From Mytilus californianus (Eukaryota), in the NCBI RefSeq assembly GCF_021869535.1, contig NW_026262615.1, positions 16,368,001-16,432,000 on the forward strand: 64,000 nucleotides of DNA. Reading direction: 5' to 3'. Made by a program: the position numbers and the translations under genes. Positions 24,461-38,099 of the stretch are shown here, piece after piece (position 1 is the stretch's first letter; every line of letters starts with the position of its first letter). Under the pieces are notes generated by a model. It did not search any database and was not told the DNA's origin. It was given only the letters and a program-made list of their open reading frames with translations.

Positions 24461-25844
24461 ACCATACTAAATATTATTGTTATACACACATGCACATTCA
24501 CGATAACCATATTTTGGCATTGCGCACGTCATGTTTTTCTTTAACTGTTAATGACGTCTTTGCACTAATTCCATTGGATGTTTGATGTGTACTGATTGAT
24601 ATTTTTGTCTTAGATATATGATTTTTTATAGTTATTATTGGCTTTGAACTAGCTGTCAGTAACTGCGAGTACTCCCAGATCTGTACTTGGGTCTCCTTTT
24701 TTGTTTTTATGGATGTATAAATACCCTGCCCCGTCCTGTCTTTGTTTTTGTTAGATGTTTTTCTGCTTTATATCGATCTGAGGAGTTTAAAGCCCTTTTT
24801 CACTGATTGTTATAGTTTGTTCTTATGTTTTACTATTACACCACTTTCCCCGGTTAGGAGGAGGGTTGGCGCCTTCAAACATGTTTAACCCGACACATTT
24901 TATATGTGCCTGTCCCAAATCAGGAGCCTGTAGTTCAGTGGTTGTCGTTGGTTCATGTCTGTAATATTTCATTTTTGTTTTTCGTAAATGGCTTTTTTTA
25001 TAAATAAGTTCATTTAGTTTTCTTAATTGAATTATTTTATATTTTTCATGTCGGGGCCTTTATAACCGACTATACGGTAGAGGTTTTTCCTCCTTGGTGA
25101 AGGCTGTACGGTTGCCTATACTTGCTTACATTGCTTCATTTGAACTTTGGTGGATAGCTGTCTCATTGTTTATCATACCACATCTCCTTATTTTCATATA
25201 AATAAGTTAAAACAGGGAGAAATACAATTTGTTTCGACGAATAAAACGTCTGCTACAATAACATGAACTAAAAAATGAGTACGTCCGAAACGCTTTTTTG
25301 GATTTAATCATCATCATTTTGCTTACAACAAACTAACATTGGAAAGCCAAGGGTGTATAAAGACTTGAAATCCTGAGGAGATATATGAATAACCAAAATC
25401 TACCTAAGGTCAATTGAAACCTTAGTTTCATTTAGTAATTCCAAATTTATCAACAGAAAATGCATCAGAAAAGTATGTTAAAAATCATTAGTAGCATAAA
25501 TTCCAATGGTTTATAAAATACTACCAGGTACGTCCGGAAAACTATTAACTGATCTTCAACACCATCTCAATAAAATATCGTATGTATCTTGGATGCTATC
25601 GAATAAGGATATTGTTTTAACAACTTTTAAACCTCCAAAACACCAACGGACGTCAAGCTATAATTACAGGTCATCATACGGCCTTCAACAACAAGCAAAT
25701 CATTTACCGTATAATAAGCTATAAACAGCCCTGGATAAAAAAGAATTGGAACAGTTTACTAAAGAAAAACCATAGGCCTTTTTTAAGCTAGTGATATAAA
25801 ACTAAAACAAAAAAAAACAAAAAAAAAACAATTATGGCAGATAG

Positions 25845-26387
25845 CATCTTCGCTAGCCAAGGGTTACGACCCACTTCCCTCCTCTCCACCCTTGGCAGAT
25901 TAAGCCAACATTTGTAATAACAATGTTGCGCCATCTATCGGTAGATTAAAGTCACGCCCATTCCGAATACATTATTCTTGACCAATGGTAGCACTTGAAC
26001 TCTTCAATTTGGAGGTAAAAACACGGTAGCGTCTAGATTCTACACACTTGGTAAAGCAGGAAACGAAAATATACGTTGACATTCATGCATTTGTGCAAGA
26101 AACATACACAGGAACTTCTATTAGTTGATTAAAAACATTCAAATTGTCACTAAATATAGTCGTATGTTTAGGGATGTAAAGACTTGTTGCACAATAAGCA
26201 CGTGGCAATTGTTTACATACACTTTCTACATTTACACGTGATAATGTTATAGACGCTTTTTGATTGGATGCAGCGAGTTTCGACTGCAACCAATGAAAAT
26301 CATTACCTTGTGTCTCCGAAATTCTATCTCATTCTGCCAAGGGTGGAGAGGAGGGAAGTGGATCGTAACCCTTGGCTAGCGAAGATG
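25845..26387. mobile_element. MITE with ~55-bp TIRs and 9-bp TSD (MULE-like)
   Basis: TIR catcttcgctagccaagggttacga[c/t]ccacttccctcctctccacccttggcaga at both ends. TSD ggcagatag at 25836-25844 and 26388-26396. Confidence 0.88.
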
Positions 26388-26504
26388 GGCAGATAGCAAC
26401 CAACGGCAAATAATGAACTATATGTTCCTGGCTTTGAACCGGCCCAATAAGAATGTGACGGAGTTATAGACTTTTTTGCTATCGTTCAACCCTTCTTACC
26501 TATA

Positions 26505-26690
26505 GGTAAGAGATTTAAGTAAAGTGTCCTTTTGGTTTTTCGAGTAATTTGATCTTCTTTTTTTCGAGTGAGACCTATCTTTTCGCATGAATATGATGTA
26601 AAATTTTAACAAATTAAACAGACTTCTTTCTAGGAAAACATAAAATTGAAACTTGAAATAAATATACAAGATACCTTGTCATTTATAATA
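26505..26690 (+). mobile_element. Older, diverged copy of the left end of the 29089-32084 element
   Basis: ttttcgagtaatttgatc...ttttttcgagtgagacc...gaatatgatgtaaaa...aaacagactt aligns by eye with 29120-29300, but lacks the intact CAC terminus. Confidence 0.55.
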
Positions 26691-26777
26691 GAAACTGCTT
26701 CTTTTGATAAAACGTGCAGGGAATATAAAAAGCATCTTTAATGCAGCCATAAAGAGGACAATGGATTCGTTCAGTTA

Positions 26778-28432
26778 CACAGGCAATTTTTTCCAACGTG
26801 TGTTTAACGTTTGTGCTCATTACGTGAAAACTATGTTATTTCCACGTGTGTATCACACCGTTTAAACATTTATATCACCTGTATTTGACACACACAAGAT
26901 TCTCACGTGATAATCACGTTTTAATCTGCTCACGTGATATTCACGTTTAAACGTAACGTTATTTTCACACGTAAATTTTTTAACGTAATATTAACGTGTA
27001 AATATTGTGTTAATTTCACATTTAGATTTTAGAATTAAATTATAAGGAATGATTGTAATATTTTTTCTGTTTATTCGAAATAACAGAAAAAATGTGCTAC
27101 GCGCGTTATTCAGTGTGCACCACATTTTTGATGTTATTTCTTCATAGACAGAAAAAATATTACAGTCATTCCTTAAATAATAATAATGTTTACTAGGGTT
27201 GTAAACTATAGATATATTGAGAATTTTATCACATTGTTGTTTACAAAGCAAAAGCGACACTCATATTAGAAGTAAAATAAAGCTTTCATTATGTATGCTT
27301 AAATAAGATAATATTATAACAGTAAATAAAATTCTTTTTTTTATCCTTTCAGATGAAGAAACTTTCAAAAGAGTGGAGCATTTAGAAGACAGAACAATCA
27401 AATATTATTTGTTACTATTTCAGTAACTTTTCAAATGTTAACTGTTTAGAATATTCTTAAATATAAATATAATTGAATTTAATTTGGAAAGTGTTTTGTT
27501 TTTTTTAACATTTGGTAACATATGCCTCTGTTAGGCACAATTTTTTAATCATAAGCTGATAATTTTTAGATTTGTCATGGTAAACCTGCAAGGGACACAA
27601 CTCTTGTAGAATGAACATTGTAAAATAGCTAGTCTGTATTGAATTGTTGTTTGGTATACATTTGGTTTTGCATTATTTGTTGTGCAATTTCGAATTCGAC
27701 TTCTTTTCAAACATTGTATAAATTTAAAATGTAGCTGACTTTGACATTGGTATTCATACTTTTAGATTTTTTATGAATTGTCAAGCAAACGCGATTATAA
27801 AGCAAGAATTTCAAACAAACAAAAAAAGAAATACTAACAGGAAGATTCGAAAGGTTTCAAACATGTAGAAATAGTCTCATGGTTTAAATAAGATTTGGAT
27901 TTATATATATATATATATAAGTTTTAATGGATGCTAAACATCCAGCCACAAATATTACATACATATTCAGGATGATAACAGGTTAATAAAACATGCATAT
28001 GAGGTAACTGATAATCAATATAAGACAATTTATTGATGTATAACTCACTTTTACAGTACTTTTACCATAAAGAACCAGAGAAATATCTTCAAATAGAGAT
28101 GACCAAGAACAAAAAAATGATATGTCAATGAGTGCAACAAAGACAATATTTCATTTTTCCTAGTGGCTGCTTCACATAAAAGTCTTGTTGTATTATCACG
28201 TTTATATCACGTGGCTTTATATTTAACGTGAATATCACGTTGTATTATCACGTTGATATCATGTGGATTTATATACAACGTGAATATCACGTGTGACGAA
28301 CGTTTATTTCATGTTGTGCTCACAACGTGAATATTACGTTTCTGCTCGTTTCACGTTGTACTCACGTGGTGTGGACAACGTGAATTTCACGTGATTCCCA
28401 TGTTAAAATCACGTTGGAAAAAATTGCCTGTG
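26778..28432. mobile_element. Non-autonomous CMC/EnSpm-like element (CAC termini, TA TSD) with CACGTG-rich subterminal repeats
   Basis: TIR cacaggcaattttttccaacgtg / cacgttggaaaaaattgcctgtg, flanked by TA on both sides. Many (t)cacgt(g) motifs in the terminal ~250 bp at each end. Confidence 0.75.
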
Positions 28433-28509
28433 TACGCAAAAGCGTCAAAACCAGGTAGATTGCAACTTTACTAAATATCACTAGTGGAGCAAAACTGCAA
28501 TTACCCACA

Positions 28510-28830
28510 TGGAGAACATGAATTCAGCCCTGAGTTTCTCAATCTTTTGTTTCATGTGAAGTTGATGTGAAGTTCATGTGGGGTTCGTGTTTATCAATCT
28601 TCAGTTTCATGTATAGTTATAGTTGGGTTCGTATTTCTCAATCTTTAGTTTCATGTGAAGTTCTGGTGGGGTTCGTGTTTCTCCATCTTTAGTTTCATGC
28701 ATATGAAGTTAATGTGGGGTTCGTGTTTCTCCATCTTTAGTTTCACGTGAATTTAATGCGTGGTTCGTGTTTCTTATTTTTTTATGTTTCATGAGAAATT
28801 CTATTAGGTTCCTGTTTCTAAATCTGTAGT
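28510..28830. repeat. Degenerate ~45-bp tandem repeat
   Basis: Repeated gtggggttcgtgtttctc(a/c)atctttagtttcatg. Confidence 0.7.
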
Positions 28831-29088
28831 TTCATTTCATGTGTATAAAGGACCATCGTTTGTTATTCAGCGTTCTTCTTTGGTGTAGTATGTTTTTATT
28901 TGACTTATGGTTGTTGATGATCTCCTTAGCATCTTCTCCTTTTTTAAACACCATGCAAATTCAGGAAAGCTTTTTGGCTATAGCAAGTTTAAGCAATACT
29001 AATTCCAAATTATACAAGAGGATTTTGAAAGGCAAACTTTGGTTTCATATGAAAAATTTGAATATCAATGATCATATGTGACAGTGTA

Positions 29089-32084
29089 CACGGTAGGTAT
29101 AGTGTCCGGCTAGGATCGTTGTTTTTCGAGTGATTTGATCGGGTTTTTTCGAGTGTGACCACTTTTTTTCGAGTGATTTGATCGGGTTTTTTCGAGTGTG
29201 ACCACTTTTTTTCGAGTGAATATGATCAAAAATGTAAACAAACAGACTTACTTTCTGAAAAGACGTGATATAGAAGCTTGAGTTTAATATACAAGGATAT
29301 ACAAGGTGTGTTAGTATTTGAGATAAAAAGATATTATCAATCCGACATTATTTTTCGTTCAAAAAGTTGAATTTAGCCTTACAATGCTTTTATTCCAAAA
29401 AACAGAATAAAGCCATTTTTATACACATACCAATGCAAACGTCGATGGAAATGCATACATGGAATCCATATATCCTTAGATATACAGACACTTTACAAAA
29501 ATTCTTGTTGTTGCATTGAAAAACGATATTTTGAGACTAAATTCATTACTATGTGTTCGGGTTTTTTCGAGAGCAGTCCGGGCTTTTTCGAGTGCGTCCG
29601 TGTTTTATCGAGTGATTATACAAATTTCCCATAGCTTAGAATGTTGTGTGTCAGTGTATTTACGTTTAAAAACAATAAAAAAAGGGTTCACATTATGTAC
29701 TTTTTAAGGCACGAAACCAATGCATTCATCAGTTTAATAAAGGTGTACTAACACTTACACTTTATAAACAAGTATCAGCCATCTGTATTTATTGTTGTTT
29801 GTCACATCTAATAAATTACATGTACAGTATATATTCATGATGTCAACAATCTAATGTAAGCATAGACAATTTGGATTGAGACGTACGTACAAAGAGTGAA
29901 TTAAGCTGATGAATTATTCATTTCATTGTTAACTATATATGAAATTTAATTCAGATGTTATTGTCAATGGGAATAAAAACTGGTCGGATAAAGTGTCTTT
30001 TAGTAGAATATTTTTTATTACATATAAAAAAAGAAGATAATGAGACAACTCTCCACCAGAGACCAAATGACACAAAAATTAACAACTATAGCTCACCGTA
30101 CGGCCTTCAACAATGAGCAAAGTCCATACCGCATAGTCAGCTATAAAAGGCCTCGAAATGACAAATGTAAAACAATTCAAACGAGAATGCTAACGGCCTA
30201 ATTTATGTAAACAAAATAAACGAAAAACAAATATGTACACATCAACAAACGACAACCACTGAATAACAGGCTCCTGACTTGGGACAGGCACATACATACA
30301 GAATGTTGCGGGGATAAACATGTTAGCGGGATCACAACCCTCCCCTAACCTGGGACAGTGGTGTAACAGTACAACATAAGAACGAACTATAAAAATCAGT
30401 TGAAAAAGGCTTAACTCATCAGATTGATACAAATAGAAATACATCTAACAAAAACAAATGCATTTTACTGATTCTTCTCTGCTGTCCAGTAGGTTTCTTT
30501 CTCCGTTTTTTAATGAACAGCTGCGCCATGGGCGCATGATACGCTTGATATCAAACTCGCCGGAGCATCGTTTAATATTATATTGAAATTGAATAACTCG
30601 AGTTGATATCAAGCGATATCCATTATCACTCGTTATGAAACCTATAAATAATTTTTCAATGTCATATCAAAAATTTATAAAAAAAAAAACTAAAAGGGAG
30701 GTAACCTTGATCTATATAAAGCAGTCACCGAAGTTTCATGAAAACTCCTCAAAGCACTTTAAAAATATTGTCCGAAAACTGTAAAATCACCCCTTTTTGG
30801 CTCACCTGGCCCTAAAGGGTCAAGTGAACTTTTCTCATCACTTGGCGTCCGTCGTTGTCCGTCGTCGTCCGTTAATTTTTACATTGTGTCGTCCCGTGAT
30901 GCTCAGATATATACGTCTAGAGTTTTAATTGCTGTTGAACAGATCACAATCTGAGCAGATTTATAACTGTATTTTAAAGTTAAGGATAGCGGATCATGTG
31001 CAACGCAAACATTTTTTTACAGAAATATTCTCCTCTAATACGTATGGAACAAGTTCATTATAGATAGAGATAACTGTAAACAGCAAGAATGTTCAGTAAA
31101 GTAAGATCTACAAACAAGTCACCATCACCAAAACAGAGAATTTTGTCATGAATTACATTCGTGTCTTTAATGTAGGAGAGTGTCCATTGTTTAATATGCA
31201 CTGCAGCACATAGACCAGAGTGAGCGACACAGATTCTTTAGAGCTTCTAGTTTGTTTAATAAAATCCTATAACTCGAAAACGTAAAATCTAAAATTTATT
31301 AAATTCGAAAGGGAGGATACCTCAATAAATAAAAAAAATTTAACGAAGTTTCATGTAAATTGGTTACAGCGTTTTTGAGTTTTGTCCGACATGCTGACGA
31401 CGGACGGACAACGGTATATCATAATACGTACCGTAAAAAAAACTCCGGGGTTCACCACGAAAAATATTATTAACTGTGACAACAAAAATTCCATAAAATG
31501 AAGTTGAAAAGATTATGAGTCTCCTGCACTATGTTCTTAAGACCTTTTTATAAAGGATCCAATAATTTCTAATTTAATACTGGAAAGTTGTGGTAGAACG
31601 TTTTCCGAACAGGAAACTTGCATTAAATTGAAAAAGGGTAATGTTGATCAACGTAGTAATATGTTTTGGTGATTTATTGAGAATATATGATATTTTCATT
31701 CATTAAATTACATTTATTTACTAGAAAAGTCATTTTTTAAAGTCAGAAATAACTTTTTTCTTATTAAAAGTTTCGTGAAAAAACCCGAACCTTTGTTTAA
31801 AAACCCGGACGGTTTCACAGTTCCTCTCGAAAAAGCCCGGACAATCACAAACACTGAATTTATTGGTTAAATACAAGGAAATTGTGCTTCTTTGTTACTC
31901 AAATCATGTATAGTATTCAAAATAAGATGGGTAGTCACGTAAAAACTATTATAATATTACTAATTAGTAGTTATTTGACCTGATCGCATGTTTTATCACT
32001 CGAAAAAGCCCGATCTACCCTCGAAAAAAATGGACAGATTCATTCGAAAAACCACGATCCTAGCCGGACACTATACCTACCGTG
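29089..32084. mobile_element. Non-autonomous Transib/RAG-like DNA transposon
   Basis: Perfect 30-31-bp TIR cacggtaggtatagtgtccggctaggatcg at both ends. 5-bp TSD GTGTA (29084-29088, 32085-32089). Subterminal ttttttcgag repeats. The interior is filled with other repeats; no transposase ORF was seen. Confidence 0.72.
30790..31440 (-). mobile_element. HINE-like fragments (same family as 4958-9000) inside the Transib-like element
   Basis: ggctcacctggccc-taaa-gggtcaagtgaac hairpin with (gtc)n, and gagcgacacagattcttttagagcttctagtt terminus. Confidence 0.55.
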
Positions 32085-32670
32085 GTGTATAACAGATTAA
32101 AAGAACTTTATTCGTCTTAAAATAGTGACAATTACATATCAATATACATAAAATATGACAACAATTTCATATATTAAAAGATCATGTAGGTTCACTTTCC
32201 AGATATCTGCTCCTTGTGAGATAATTACATATTACACTCTTACCATGCGGTGTAATTAACAAAACCCCTATAGGTATCAAACTATAAAAAAAAACTCATT
32301 GAATTACTTGTACAAATAATAAATAGTTCTCTTCATTATCAAACATAAACATGAGTTCGTGGTATGAAATAAGGTGGCACCTAGGACTTCTGTTTTGAGG
32401 TGGAAAGGTGGTATAATCAAGCAAAATATATATTCGGGGAGCGTAGAGAGGCAAAAAAATAACTGTTTCAAGTACTATAGTTCAAGGAAAATCATTTTAT
32501 TTTTGATATAATTATATAAGTGAAGGAAAATGACATTTTCTTTATAAATACGTCATTTCTAAGAAAATATCTGAAAATTATGTTTTCGCATCTATATGCA
32601 GTTCAATTTCTTGTAGCTCTGGGTGTCTGATTCGAACTTGGAATGATAATTTAGGTACAAGCTCAGTTAT

Positions 32671-35600
32671 CTACCCTTTGGTTGATACATCCTCCAACGC
32701 AATCCAAGGAGCTTTGAATCTCCTGCATTCACAACATTGTGGAGCTTTCAGTTGAAGTCTGCGTATACGTGGAAATGGTTGTGGACAGTATAACCAAATG
32801 TTGAAGATTTTGAAGTTGCTTGGTACACACCTGTATCTGTATGGAAACATCCAGGAAATGCAGGGAACATTCTTACAAGATTGTGGTCTGAAATTGATAA
32901 AGTATTTTGTTTTAATGAAAGCTTCTGGATAACATTTTGATAAATGTACATCTTAACGTTGTGATTGTTTTACCTTTATTTTCATTTTTGGGTACGAGCA
33001 ATCACACTGTAGAATGCAGAAATTTGGAGAATTTTAATTTTATCATGCATGCTACATTTATGGATCAGAAAAATAAACTTTATATCAATTCATAAGTATA
33101 CACTTATTTAATGAATGGCTACTGGTAAAAAGAAGAATATATATAGCAAGTTTATTGTCCCAAGACACCAACTAGGCCCGACCAAAGTGGAAGGAAATAG
33201 TACAATAAACTTTCTACTTTCCGAAAAGTCATTATAAATATGTGTTTTATTGTAGAGAACGTATATGAAAATGTTTAGTGCTTCCAGTTAATAGTTTTTG
33301 AAACTATTAACTGTTAAATTGTCCTTTTACGAGACCATGTTGACTTTGCTTCCAGTAAGTAGTTCATACCGAGTAAATAGTTTTTGATACTATTAACCGG
33401 TAAAAAGTCTTTTCAGACAATTTGGTTTTAAAAATACATTTTTAATACTGAGGTATAATAATAAATAATTTTGACCCATGTGGATTGCACTTTCAAAATT
33501 CTCATAATAGATAAGTTGAACAAAATATCTGTATCAGCATTAATTATTTTAGCTTAAATGATGATAAGAATGAGAGTGAAATCGCATTTCAAAAGATATA
33601 CCAACAAATCAGAAGTTGTTCACCCTTTCGACACTATAGTGTAAACATATTTTTATTAAAGAATTCGTTAGGTATGGCTACAAGAATACATAAATACGAA
33701 ATATACAAGTAATTCAAAAATTGGGATTAGGAAACAAGAGCAGTGCTCTTATATAAATCAACCTTCCTATGTGTCGACACTTTTGGCAGCGTTTTTGAGT
33801 TCATGCGTTCAAAGGGGTTTTAAAACTTTGCTTGTCTTTAATTATGGTTTCCCATCTTATTATATTATGTAATGTAATGTAAAAAATGGTTTTGTTTAAC
33901 TTTCTAGGGTTACATCGGGGTTAAGGGAGACAACTCTTCATTTCAGAAAAGCGTATTTTTAAAGCAATTATATTTAACTTGTGGTTCCATTGATTTCTAA
34001 GAGCCATGTCAGAGGCGGATTTAGGGGGAGGCCAGGGGGCCCGGGCCCCCCTTTTTGGGGAAACATTTGGTTGATTATATAGGGAATCACTGAAGCATGA
34101 CTGGAGCGGGCCCCCTCTTAGGCAGTCAGTGGGCCCCACTTATGAAAATTTCTGGATCCGCCACTGCATGTCTCTTATCATAAGTCAATTTGTCTTTGAA
34201 GTTTTACACCAAATAATAACTCACTTGCAGTCAGCATATGTTATAGCCGTAAAAACAGTATTCCACCAAGGTCTCAGTACGTAACACTTTTTCCCGTAAT
34301 ACCAGAACGTTCTTCCAATAGACAATGATCTGAACTTTGACTCACACATCGACCCTCCTATAGGTGGTCTAAAATATCGTAAATATACACATAAACATAA
34401 AGTGAATTGTGAACAATTGTTTTATTAATAATTTGAAACTGTTTGTAGTATAGACCATGTAATTTTCAATGACCGGAAGAGACAATTAAGCAATAAACAA
34501 ATATCTGGTTAATATCCGTTTTTGGTGGGGTTCGTGTTGCTCACGGGGTGTTTAGGTTTTTCTATACTAACTTTTGTGTACTGTTGTTTGTCTGCTGGTC
34601 GTTTTTTTTTTTTTCGTTTTTTGCATTGATATTTATTGTCAGTTGGTTTTCGACTTATGAATGCGCGTATCCCTTCCGTATCTTTTGCCTCTCTTTTATA
34701 GAGTTTTTATATCTATACTTTATATTTACAGTTCAATATATGTATATATGATGTAAGCGTGTGTCTATCACTTGAACGCAATGTTGTGTGAGATTTTAAT
34801 AGCTGAACTGTTAGGGTTTTTTTTGCCAGTGACTTTTGTCCTTTATTAACCAGAACGAGACTCGTCAACGGACACTACCAGGCAGAAATACAAAAAAAAA
34901 GTTGTCCAAAGTAAAGCATGAATAAGAAAATCAATTAAAATGATGTATATATGGAAATATATTAATCTTACTTTTGTGCGATCCACGGGTCTTTGGAATT
35001 TAAGGAAATGAGGCTAAGTGCAGTTTCTTTGTCACTCTTTAACTGCTCATAATCTCTTTTATTATTTTCAGAAAGTTCTTTCTCTGCTCCATCTATTTCA
35101 GACCTATATTAAAATAAGATTTTTCAGACATATGATAAAATAAGGAATTCAGACCTATGACAAAATAAGATATTTCAGACCTATGATAACGTAAGATATT
35201 TCAGACCTATGATAAAATAAGATATTTCAGACCTATGATAAAATAAGAAGCAATTCACTTAGTCAACATAACTTTAGTATCAGCATGTTTAATTATTACA
35301 TGTTAGCTATATACCACTTCCTTGGTATCAGCTAACACGATTTATATATGAGGAATCCGAATCACAAAATTCCATAGGTATGAAATCCGAACATTCGACC
35401 TGTCACCAATACAATACAAATTACAGTACATAGACACACAAACAAGATAAACAAAGTATAAACAACAAACCTAATTAGAAAAAGGAAATATGGCAAAATT
35501 ATTCCAATGTTGTAGTGTACGTCTTATTTAACGTGTGGGTGTCGAGGCAAAAAAAGTAGATACATGCATAAAACCTTTCATGACACATAGATATATAACG

Positions 35601-38024
35601 AGTATGAATTCTTTCACATGTTAAACATGTCTTTAAATATGCAAACTATACGTCTGTAAATATTGATGAGTTTATAATCTATAAATAACTTTCATGCATT
35701 TTTTCTAGTAATAGGTACGTGAATGTGCAGGTCGAGATTACACACTACACTTTTAAAAAAAAGTTTCTATATAATAACATTACATGTATGTTTCATTAAA
35801 ATCCGTAATTTGGATTAATTGACATCAATCACGAGACACTCAAATAAAATTATAAAAAGAAACATTCAATTATTGAATATAATATGACGAAATATTAATG
35901 TTTAGAACGTTAGATCATAATTGAGTCCAGATTTACATATACAGGAATATGGGGTATTTCATCTTTATTTTGTTTGTTGCGTTACATTTGAACCTTCGAT
36001 TCTTCGATATGTATTTGTCCTTTTGGTGTAAGATAATCTAAATGAATCCATATTGGTATTATTTTAGTAGAATTTTCTATGCGATTTGCATTTTGAAAAA
36101 AAAAACGGCATATTCACCCGAAGAAAAAAGTGATATTCACCAGGCTAAACGTCACGTGCTTTTACGGGTATATACATGTATAATAACGGTAAAACTGTTT
36201 GACGAACAATAAGCTTTGCTACAATTGCCGAAATACTTTTATTCTCTCGGAATATCGAATATAAAACAATTACTGCATATCTTTTGTATTGGTAAATATG
36301 TGGTAAAATTGACCGTATTTTGAAAAGTCAACGAAACCAAACATATACCTCGCCAAAAGACAGTATAATATTTTTTTAAATGTGCAAAATCGTTAATTGT
36401 TTGAAAATTATTTGTAGGTAAAAGAGATATAATTGTGATATTTTTGCCATTACGAAGCTGGATACTCTGAATTTTTTTTTATAAAATAAATAAAAGATAT
36501 CGTAAACTATATTTGTAAATTAATCGTAGTTAAAAGTGATAAAACTCAGCAATGTTTGCCATCGTGATGCGGGATTCCCTGAATTACTTTTATAAAATAT
36601 GAGATATATCGCAAATCATTTGTAAATAGTTTCTTGAAGTACAATTTATTAGAAAATTTTACAGAAACAAGGATGTACTGATATACAAATGCCACCTGAA
36701 AAGACGAAACGTGTATACAGCTGACTTACTCAGGGTATTCATCATTATCATTGAAATCAAATCCTTCTGCTATAATGTCATTATACTGGGCATCACAATG
36801 GTCTTCTTCTTGGCAAAAGCCATATGCCAAGACGCAGAAGAATACCTAAAAATTAAAGGTATTGATGAGCCAAATCAATAAATTGAACAAGCATGCACAT
36901 TTTAATATTCATTTATCAAATACAGTTTATTTTAGTTTGGGCCTGTTTTTTCAGAGCCCAAACCGAAAAAAGATGAAATCCCAAAAGATGAAATACATAA
37001 TAAATAAACTGAACTTTAATTTTGTGAAAAGAAAATTCAATGATTTTAAGTATGTCGGCGGAAATCCCTTCCAATGATCAATATGGGAACAATTAAGTGG
37101 TTACATACTTAATTTTTATGATCTGCTTTTTTTCGTTTAGAATATTTTAAATTGATTAAACAATTTTAAATATGATAGTATATCATGCATTATTTACTGA
37201 ATATGTGATCTCTCGGGTGCAAAGTTGTTATTGTTATACTTTCGGATTCAATGATTGATTGATTGGTGTTTAACGCCAATGTCAGCACTATTGTGCTATT
37301 TCGTTGAGGTCATTTTTTATTGGACGAGGAAGCCGAAGTGCCCGGAGAGAACCACCGACCTTTAGTATGAAAACTGAAAATCTTAGTCAACTTCGTAAAA
37401 CAGTAATAAATTGATTGGCGATTTTTTGTAAGTTTTAAGCCATATGAATGCAAATGACGTATCACAATTTGCACGAAGGTCGTTTTCTAATTGCTTCTAA
37501 ATCTGCATTATTTTTCTTTCATTTACAATAAATATGAATACAATTACATATCTGAATAGATCAAACATGTCAAATGAAGCTCGACAAATTATCATTAGTT
37601 TAAAATTATCATTATTTAAAATTATCATTAGTTTAAAATTATCATTAGTTTAAAATTTTCATTGTTTATCGTTTAAAGATGATGGCATAGATACATAGAT
37701 AAATCATCAAAATACAAAATTGAAAAAAAATAATTGAAAAATACAAAAAATAAAAATATAAATAAATAAAATAAGGAAATAATTACATTATCAAATAAAC
37801 GATAGGTCAATAAACATTGAAAAAAAATAATTAAAAGTTAATGATTGGAATAGTTTTGGTCAAACATTTTGAACCTGGAAATTAGAGGTAACAGTATAGT
37901 TTACCAATGTTCAAATATCATATTTAAAATCAGTTATAACTATAAAATAATATCTGATTATTGACAGAATGATATATGAATTAAAATAGAAATAGATACG
38001 TACCAACGTTCTTAATATTTTCAT
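32671..38024 (-). CDS. Secreted Spaetzle/neurotrophin-like cystine-knot protein, paralog A, 209 aa, 5 coding exons
   Basis: Exons 38024-38004, 36845-36730, 35103-34972, 34368-34225, 32887-32671. All introns are GT-AG, phases 0,2,2,2, and the CDS sums to 630 nt. Protein: MKILRTLVFFCVLAYGFC (signal)-acidic pro-region (NKR dibasic)-MCESKF...KCYVLRPWWNT...YADCKPQSCKNVPC...YRCVPSN...WLYCP...APQCCECRRF. The terminal PxCCxC is typical of Spaetzle-family knots. Confidence 0.85.
35098..35247. repeat. Six 25-26-bp tandem copies of the exon-3 splice acceptor of paralog A
   Basis: Minus-strand unit cttattttatcatAG|gtctgaaatat. Acceptor positions 35103, (35129 mutated), 35154, 35180, 35206, 35232. Confidence 0.85.
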
Positions 38025-38084
38025 CTTGAATCAATATTGTTGCTGCTGAATATGTTGATAATTTGAATTAAGCGCCGTCCGTTG

Positions 38085-38092
38085 TATATATA
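38085..38092 (-). promoter_or_regulatory. TATA box of paralog A
   Basis: TATATATA ~60 nt upstream of the ATG. A CCAAT motif (attgg on +) lies at ~38110. Confidence 0.5.
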
Positions 38093-38099
38093 CTCGATG

